This document shows positions 35,568 to 42,193 of a stretch of DNA of 42,193 nt, in pieces. Below the pieces are notes generated by a model that saw only the letters and a program-made list of their open reading frames with translations, had not been told where the DNA came from and made no database searches. The stretch lies in the sequence record SRR20825019_171; one strand, given 5' to 3'. The translations under genes and the position numbers were made by a program. Each line of letters begins with the position of its first letter. Position 1 is the stretch's first letter.

Positions 35568-38108
35568 TTATTCCACAGAATCATTTTCAATATCCGTGCC
35601 ATTATCGTTTAATTCATCTTCTTCGTTCATTTCATCTTCCTCATCGTCGCTTCTTGGAACTCGTGCTACAGCAGCAATTTCCGCGTTCTTTTTAAGGTTG
35701 ATTAGTTTAACTCCTTGAGCTGCTCTACCCATAGTTCGTAGAGTATCGATATGCATTCGGATAGTAACGCCTGATTTCGTGATAATCATCAAATCATGAT
35801 CATCCGTCACATTCTTAATGGATAGAAGTTTTCCTGTTTTATCAGTTACGTTCAACGTTTTAACTCCTTTTCCTCCACGGTTCGTGATTCGATAAACTGG
35901 CTCGTGATCTTCTGGATCGTTCAAGAATGTTCTCTTACCATATCCTTTTTCAGAAACTACGAGAACAGTAGAGTAGACGTCTTCTACGCAAATCATTCCG
36001 ATAACTTCATCCGTTGGACTTGATAATGTAACACCACGAACTCCAGCGGCATTTCTACCCATTGATCTTACTTTCTCTTCATTGAAGCGAATTGCTCTAC
36101 CACTAGAAGTAGCAAGAACGATCTCGTTTGATCCATTCGTTAGTTTCGCTTCTAACAATTCATCGTTCTCACGAATTGTAATTGCATTAATACCATTTGC
36201 TCGTGGACGAGAGTATGCTTCAAGCGATGTCTTTTTAATAACACCTTGTCTTGTTGCCATAATGATAAAGTTATTCTCAACGTATTCTTTATCTGTTAAA
36301 TCTTTTACTTTAACATACGCCTTGATCTTATCATCTTGCTCTATATTCAATAGATTTTGAATTGCTCGACCTTTACTCACTTTTGATCCTTCTGGAATCT
36401 CAAATACACGCATCCAGAAACATTTCCCTTTCTCCGTGAAGATTAAAAGGTAATTGTGATTTGTCGCAACAAACAACTCTTCTAAGAAATCTTTATCACG
36501 TGTAGTTGAACCTTTAGACCCCATTCCACCGCGATTCTGTACTTTGTATTCAATCAAACTTGTACGTTTGATATAACCAGCATGGGAGATCGTTACTACA
36601 ACTTCTTCATCTGGAATCAAATCTTCAATTCGCATTTCGCTTGCTGAGTACTCAATAACAGAACGTCTTGCGTCACCATATCTCTCGCGCATGTCGATTA
36701 ATTCATTGGTGATGATTTCCATTCTGCGCTCTTCACGAGCTAGGATATCTTTCAAGTCTGTAATCAATGCCATCAAATCTGCAAATTCAGCACGCAACTT
36801 GTCTTGTTCAAGACCAGTTAAATGACGTAAACGCATTTCAACAATTGCTCTCGATTGAAGATCTGAAAGACTAAATCGAGTCATTAATGTTTCGCGAGCC
36901 TCTTCTGGGCTTTTTGAAGCACGAATAATTTTGATTACTTCATCTATATTATCAGATGCAATAATTAAACCTTCAAGGATGTGAGCACGCTCTTCAGCCT
37001 TTTTAAGTTCAAATTTCGTTCTTCTAACCACAACTTCGTGACGGAACTCAACGAAATTAGCAATGATCTCTTTCAGATTCAACTGCTTAGGGCGACCTTT
37101 TACAAGACAGATGTTATTCACTGAAAATGAAGTCTGTAATGCTGTATATTTAAATAGTTTATTTAAAACAACATTCGGGATAGCATCACGTTTCAATTCA
37201 TATACGATACGCATTCCATTTCTATCCGATTCGTCACGGATATCAGAAATACCATCAATCTTTTTATCATTTACTAGCTCAGCAGTTTTCTTAATCATTT
37301 CCGCCTTATTCACTTGATAAGGGATTTCGGTAACGATAATAAACTCTTTTCCGCTAGATTGTTCTTCGATTTCTGCCTTGGCACGCATGACAATTCGTCC
37401 GCGACCTGTCAAAAGTGCTTCTCTAACACCTTCGTAACCATAAATTATTCCTCCTGTAGGAAAATCTGGTGCTTTTACATAATTGAGAAGTTCTTCACCC
37501 TCAATGTCGTTGTTTTCAATGTATGCGATTGTACCGTTGATAACCTCTGTAAGGTTATGTGGAGCCATGTTTGTTGCCATACCAACAGCAATTCCACTTG
37601 CTCCATTCACTAGGAGGTTTGGGATTTTTGCAGGTAGAACGGTTGGTTCCGTCATACTATCGTCAAAGTTCGGAGCGAAGTCAACCGTATCCTTATCTAA
37701 ATCAGAAAGCATTTCTTCCGCAATCTTTCGCAAACGTGCTTCCGTATAACGCATTGCAGCTGGACTATCACCATCCACTGAACCGAAGTTACCTTGTCCA
37801 TCCACTAAAGGATAACGAAGCGACCAAGGCTGCGCCATACGCACCATTGTGTCATAAACAGAACTATCTCCGTGTGGATGATACTTACCTAGTACTTCCC
37901 CGACAATTCTCGCTGACTTCTTATGTGGTCTATTGGAATATACTCCAAGATCTTGCATTCCATAAAGCACCCGTCTATGTACAGGTTTAAAACCGTCTCT
38001 CACATCCGGTAAGGCACGAGAAACAATCACTGACATCGAATAATCGATGTAAGCTGATTTCATTTCATCCTCGATGTTTATTTGGATTATTCTTTCTCCA
38101 TCCGCCAT
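35568..38108 (-). CDS. gyrA: DNA gyrase subunit A
   Basis: [33 protein letters not shown] catalytic Tyr; GyrA-box QNRGGMG; acidic tail. Confidence 0.98.
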   Translation of the reverse strand: MADGERIIQINIEDEMKSAYIDYSMSVIVSRALPDVRDGFKPVHRRVLYGMQDLGVYSNRPHKKSARIVGEVLGKYHPHGDSSVYDTMVRMAQPWSLRYPLVDGQGNFGSVDGDSPAAMRYTEARLRKIAEEMLSDLDKDTVDFAPNFDDSMTEPTVLPAKIPNLLVNGASGIAVGMATNMAPHNLTEVINGTIAYIENNDIEGEELLNYVKAPDFPTGGIIYGYEGVREALLTGRGRIVMRAKAEIEEQSSGKEFIIVTEIPYQVNKAEMIKKTAELVNDKKIDGISDIRDESDRNGMRIVYELKRDAIPNVVLNKLFKYTALQTSFSVNNICLVKGRPKQLNLKEIIANFVEFRHEVVVRRTKFELKKAEERAHILEGLIIASDNIDEVIKIIRASKSPEEARETLMTRFSLSDLQSRAIVEMRLRHLTGLEQDKLRAEFADLMALITDLKDILAREERRMEIITNELIDMRERYGDARRSVIEYSASEMRIEDLIPDEEVVVTISHAGYIKRTSLIEYKVQNRGGMGSKGSTTRDKDFLEELFVATNHNYLLIFTEKGKCFWMRVFEIPEGSKVSKGRAIQNLLNIEQDDKIKAYVKVKDLTDKEYVENNFIIMATRQGVIKKTSLEAYSRPRANGINAITIRENDELLEAKLTNGSNEIVLATSSGRAIRFNEEKVRSMGRNAAGVRGVTLSSPTDEVIGMICVEDVYSTVLVVSEKGYGKRTFLNDPEDHEPVYRITNRGGKGVKTLNVTDKTGKLLSIKNVTDDHDLMIITKSGVTIRMHIDTLRTMGRAAQGVKLINLKKNAEIAAVARVPRSDDEEDEMNEEDELNDNGTDIENDSVE

Positions 38109-38273
38109 CTTAAAACAATTTTATTTAGTTAGCACGATACGTGCAAGTTTAAAAGCAAGCGTCGAAGATAGTCAAATCAAAAGGATTTGGCAGGGAATTT
38201 GAGCGTGGTTTTTTTAACAAAAAACTGTGGACAAATGGACTTTTTCCTCACTTATTAACAATTTTATTCGTTA

Positions 38274-38281
38274 TATATTTG
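38274..38281 (+). promoter_or_regulatory. -7 promoter element for clpC
   Basis: TATATTTG, 52 nt upstream of ATG 38334. Confidence 0.6.
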
Positions 38282-38333
38282 TAAGTGGTGTAAAATGCAC
38301 ATTTTTATAGTTCCAGAATAGATAGGATAAATT

Positions 38334-40865
38334 ATGGAAGCAAAATTTTCGCAAAGAGTAAAAGATGTAATCAGCTTTAGTCGTGAAGAGGCTCTGCGCC
38401 TTGGAAATGATTTTATTGGAGTGGAGCATTTATTACTCGGTCTTATTCGCGAGGGGGATGGTAAAGCTATTGCGGTGTTAAGAGAATTTCAGTTAGATCT
38501 AAGAATGATTCGAAAGGAAATCGAGCAAAGTTTAATCTCCTCAACTACGGTTGTTAGTCAGAATTTGGCAAATATTCCTTTAGTTAAACAAGCTGAGCGC
38601 GTCTTGAAATTAACATATCTTGAGGCGAAATTGTATAAAAGCCCAATGATTGGCACAGAACATTTGCTTTTGTCTATTCTCAAAAATGAGGACAGTGTGG
38701 CATGTAGCATTTTAAATAAGTACGGAGTAATTTACGAAAACGTCAAAGACGAACTAGAATCAATGAAAGATGATATGATAACCCCAAAAGCCGAATTCCC
38801 AGGTGGAATGGAAGAGGAGGGAGCTGGACAAGACGATCAATTTTCTGCACAACGGAAAGCGGATCCTAAATCCAAGACTCCTGTTCTCGATAACTTCGGT
38901 AGGGACTTAACTAAAATGGCCGAAGCTGGTCGTTTAGATCCAATTGTAGGTCGTGAGAAAGAAATTGAACGTGTAAGTCAAATTCTATCGCGACGTAAGA
39001 AAAACAACCCAATTCTAATTGGTGAACCAGGTGTTGGGAAAAGTGCCATTGCAGAAGGCTTAGCATTGAGAATTGTTCAACGAAAAGTTTCACGTGTTCT
39101 TTTCAATAAGCGTGTTGTTTCTTTGGATTTGGCTTCATTAGTAGCTGGAACCAAGTACCGTGGTCAGTTTGAGGAGCGAATGAAAGCTGTAATGCAGGAA
39201 ATTGAAAAAAATCCTGACGTAATTTTGTTTATCGATGAGATTCACACGATTATTGGTGCTGGAGGTGCTTCTGGATCATTAGATGCTTCTAACATGCTTA
39301 AACCGGCCTTAGCGCGTGGGGAAATGCAAGCGATCGGAGCAACTACACTTGATGAATACCGTCAGCACATCGAAAAGGATGGAGCATTGGAGCGACGTTT
39401 CCAAAAGGTAATCATTGAACCAACGAATGAAGAGGAAACGATTCAGATTCTAAATAATATCAAGGAACGTTATGAAGATCACCATTCAGTTACATACACT
39501 CCTGAAGCAATTAAGGCCTGTGTGAAATTGACTGAACGATACATTACTGATCGTCACCTTCCGGACAAAGCGATTGATGCCTTGGATGAAGTTGGATCTC
39601 GCGTTCACCTTACAAACATTAACGTTCCTCAGGAAATTTTAGAGATCGAACAAAAAATCGAAGATTTAAAGGAACAAAAGAACGAAGTAATCAAGTCTCA
39701 GCAGTACGAAAAAGCAGCTGAATTGAGAGATGATGAACGAAAGCTTCAAGACGAATTAGAAGCAGCTAAGAATAAGTGGGAAGAGGAATCTAAAGCGAAC
39801 CGAGTTACTGTGACAGAAGATCACGTAGCAGAGGTCGTTTCCATGATGAGTGGAGTTCCTGTAACACGAATTTCTGAGTCTGAAATTGGTCGTTTAGCGG
39901 TAATGGAGGACGAAATAAAATCTAAAGTTATTGGTCAAGAAGAAGCTGTTGGAAAAGTCGTGAAAGCGATTCAACGGAACCGTGCTGGATTGAAAGATCC
40001 TAACAAGCCAATCGGATCATTTTTCTTCCTAGGGCCAACAGGAGTTGGAAAAACTCAACTAGCAAAGGTTTTAGCGAAGTATTTATTTGACAGCGAAGAT
40101 TCATTAATTCGAATCGACATGTCGGAATACATGGAGAAATTCTCAATCTCTCGCTTAGTTGGAGCACCTCCGGGATACGTTGGATACGAGGAAGGTGGGC
40201 AATTGACAGAGAAAATTCGTCGTAAGCCATACTCAATCGTTCTTTTAGATGAGATTGAAAAAGCGCATCCAGATGTTTTCAACTTGTTGCTTCAGGCGCT
40301 TGATGACGGTCACATGACTGATGGATTAGGACGAAAAATTGATTTCAAGAATACAATTCTCATCATGACTTCGAATATCGGGGCACGTCAGTTGGCTGAC
40401 TTCGGAACTGGGGTTGGTTTTGGAACAAGAGCACAAGAAGATCAAAAAGAAGAGCACACGAAAGTGGTTGTACAAAATGCGCTTAGAAAGGCGTTTTCTC
40501 CAGAGTTTTTGAATCGTGTGGATGATATCATTATGTTTAAATCACTTTCTCGTGAGGATATTCATAAAATCATCGACATTGAAATGGAGAAACTGTACGG
40601 AAGAATCCGAAACTTAGGTTACGCGATTTCTGTTACGGAGAAAGCAAAAGATTTCATTGTTGAAAAGGGATACGATGAAAAATTCGGAGCACGACCATTG
40701 AAAAGAGCTATTCAGAAATATATTGAAGATCCACTCGCCGAGGAAATCGTAAAATCAAACCTTCAAGAAGGAGATACGATTAACATCGGAATTGAAGATG
40801 GAGCCGCCGAATTACTTATCAATATTGAGAAAGGAAAAGGTAAAAAGGCTAAAACCGAGGAGTAA
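38334..40865 (+). CDS. clpC: ATP-dependent Clp protease ATP-binding subunit ClpC
   Basis: Two Clp-N repeats; GEPGVGKS and GPTGVGKT Walker A motifs; UVR coiled coil ([11 protein letters not shown]); VGF ClpP-docking loop. Confidence 0.95.
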   Translation: MEAKFSQRVKDVISFSREEALRLGNDFIGVEHLLLGLIREGDGKAIAVLREFQLDLRMIRKEIEQSLISSTTVVSQNLANIPLVKQAERVLKLTYLEAKLYKSPMIGTEHLLLSILKNEDSVACSILNKYGVIYENVKDELESMKDDMITPKAEFPGGMEEEGAGQDDQFSAQRKADPKSKTPVLDNFGRDLTKMAEAGRLDPIVGREKEIERVSQILSRRKKNNPILIGEPGVGKSAIAEGLALRIVQRKVSRVLFNKRVVSLDLASLVAGTKYRGQFEERMKAVMQEIEKNPDVILFIDEIHTIIGAGGASGSLDASNMLKPALARGEMQAIGATTLDEYRQHIEKDGALERRFQKVIIEPTNEEETIQILNNIKERYEDHHSVTYTPEAIKACVKLTERYITDRHLPDKAIDALDEVGSRVHLTNINVPQEILEIEQKIEDLKEQKNEVIKSQQYEKAAELRDDERKLQDELEAAKNKWEEESKANRVTVTEDHVAEVVSMMSGVPVTRISESEIGRLAVMEDEIKSKVIGQEEAVGKVVKAIQRNRAGLKDPNKPIGSFFFLGPTGVGKTQLAKVLAKYLFDSEDSLIRIDMSEYMEKFSISRLVGAPPGYVGYEEGGQLTEKIRRKPYSIVLLDEIEKAHPDVFNLLLQALDDGHMTDGLGRKIDFKNTILIMTSNIGARQLADFGTGVGFGTRAQEDQKEEHTKVVVQNALRKAFSPEFLNRVDDIIMFKSLSREDIHKIIDIEMEKLYGRIRNLGYAISVTEKAKDFIVEKGYDEKFGARPLKRAIQKYIEDPLAEEIVKSNLQEGDTINIGIEDGAAELLINIEKGKGKKAKTEE

Positions 40866-40932
40866 TTTGTTACAAATCGTTTAGTATATGTTTAACTAAT
40901 CTGAGGGAAAAGGCTTTTTCTCTACTTGCACT

Positions 40933-40979
40933 AAATGGGGTTTCCAATCGATAGCTATCGGTAGAAGCCCCATTTTTTT
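40933..40979 (+). terminator. clpC terminator with embedded CGATAGCTATCG palindrome
   Basis: AAATGGGGTTTC...GAAGCCCCATTTTTTT. Confidence 0.75.
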
Positions 40980-41101
40980 GTGGCAATAATCCATTCACAG
41001 TTTTGCGATACAGAACTTTCGCAAAAATTAAAAAATTAATAGAGTAGAAATAGGTTCACTCTTTACAGAGGTTGCGTAAACTAAATTCTATCTGTTGAAC
41101 T

Positions 41102-41134
41102 AAAAAGCCCAGAAAATTAACTTTTCTGGGCTTT
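41102..41134 (-). terminator. Terminator of the MAM-domain gene
   Basis: AAAAAGCCCAGAAAA-TTAAC-TTTTCTGGGCTTT. Confidence 0.8.
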
Positions 41135-41166
41135 AACCAATTTAAATTTTGATTAACTCATTTTTA

Positions 41167-42192
41167 CTATTCTCTTACGATTAATTTTCGATTAAACGTA
41201 GCGCCTGTGTTGCTTCTTACAACAACCATATAACTTCCTGGCGCGAATGAGTTCGTAGGTAATCTAAACTCATTTCTTGTTTCATCTACAGCACTTTGAG
41301 TGCTATAAACTTCTTTACCTAACATATCTAAAACAACGATATTGATTTGATCAGCTTCTAATGAGCCAATATTCACTATCGCATACTCTTTCGCAGGGTT
41401 AGGGTAGATGTTAATCTCTGAATTATCAATTGCAGAAGAAACTAAATCACCATCGTCAGCACTTTTTCCAGCGCTTTTCAGAACAACAATTTGAATATCA
41501 TCAATGGCGATATCGCCTGTGAAACCAGCTCCCGTTATTCCAATGAATCTCAATTGAACAAAACTTCCAGCATACGCACTTAAGTTGACAGAAGTTGGAA
41601 TCCACGATTCTGATTGTTCTCCATTTTTCTTGAATACTGTAGTCCATGTATTTCCGCTATCTTGGCTAACTTGCAAGCCAAGTGTTCCAATTGTCGCACC
41701 AAGCATGTGGTAAGAGAAATTGATAACGATCGTAGATAGACCTGAAAAATTAAGACATGGACTTTTTAAGGTTGCCACTTTATCAGGATTGTTCGGGAAT
41801 GATGATTCGATGTAAGCATAATAAAGGCCATCTGTCGCTGCAGTTGGTCCTGTGCCTACTGAAGGTGTTGAACCTGAGTATCTCGACCAGTCAAAATCCT
41901 CTGTTAAATCTTGCGACCAAAGACCGAAATCAGTTTCAAATGACTCAGTATATGGGAACGAACTAATTGTTCCACTACAAGGAAGCGTCTTAATGATAAT
42001 ATCATCAATTGCCATGTCACTTGTAAAGCTAGTCGACGTTGTTCCAACGTATCTCAATTGGATAATACTTCCTTCGTAAGCACTCAAGTCTACGCTGGCA
42101 GAGAGCCACTGATCTCCTTGATCACTTTTCTTTCCCCAAATTGTAGTCCACGTTAAGCCATTATCGTCGGTTACTTCCAACTCTAATTTCCC
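41167..42192 (-). CDS. C-terminal part of a T9SS substrate with tandem MAM domains (5'-truncated by the window edge)
   Basis: FDWSRYSGSTPS.GTGP..ATDG.YY.YIESS and GDIAIDDI MAM motifs; CTD IYPNPA...PGSYMV...KLIV; frame stays open to the window end. Confidence 0.88.
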   Translation of the reverse strand, partial: GKLELEVTDDNGLTWTTIWGKKSDQGDQWLSASVDLSAYEGSIIQLRYVGTTSTSFTSDMAIDDIIIKTLPCSGTISSFPYTESFETDFGLWSQDLTEDFDWSRYSGSTPSVGTGPTAATDGLYYAYIESSFPNNPDKVATLKSPCLNFSGLSTIVINFSYHMLGATIGTLGLQVSQDSGNTWTTVFKKNGEQSESWIPTSVNLSAYAGSFVQLRFIGITGAGFTGDIAIDDIQIVVLKSAGKSADDGDLVSSAIDNSEINIYPNPAKEYAIVNIGSLEADQINIVVLDMLGKEVYSTQSAVDETRNEFRLPTNSFAPGSYMVVVRSNTGATFNRKLIVRE

Positions 42193-42193
42193 C

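Noticed and set aside
37850..37890. Quinolone-resistance allele in gyrA
   Set aside because: The QRDR reads HGDSSVYD, with Ser and Asp at the positions equivalent to 83 and 87 (wild-type pattern)
29949..40282. Many 60-140 aa ORFs inside rpsA, gyrA, clpC and neighbouring genes
   Set aside because: Antisense or alternate-frame shadows of long, well-supported genes

Overview
AT-rich bacterial chromosomal segment. It is inferred to be Bacteroidota/Flavobacteriales from TAnnTTTG promoter boxes, lack of obvious Shine-Dalgarno motifs, T9SS cargo and the gyrA-TPR/clpC layout. Core genes (ssrA/tmRNA, mscL, recR, smpB, menE-like, rpsA, gyrA, clpC) are interleaved with accessory ones: an orphan sdpR-sdpI pair, a TonB-dependent receptor with LytS/LytTR, Crp/Fnr with SRPBCC, a Upf1/IGHMBP2-like helicase, a solitary flippase, orphan lipoproteins and two T9SS substrates. 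No integrase, transposase, CRISPR array, tRNA or rRNA was seen. The most interesting region is 16.9-23.6 kb: a GH64-fold protein with an apparent catalytic Asp->Asn change; a decayed copy of an internal tmRNA segment isolated between two terminators; a Cys-rich lipoprotein between that copy and ssrA; a tandemly duplicated ssrA terminator; an atypical tag peptide (A)DNTSYRLAA; and J-domain genes (one a J-KTSC fusion) beside both ssrA and smpB. A glycine-zipper, toxin-like lipoprotein at 33 kb also stands out. All family calls come from motif recognition by eye; no searches were run.
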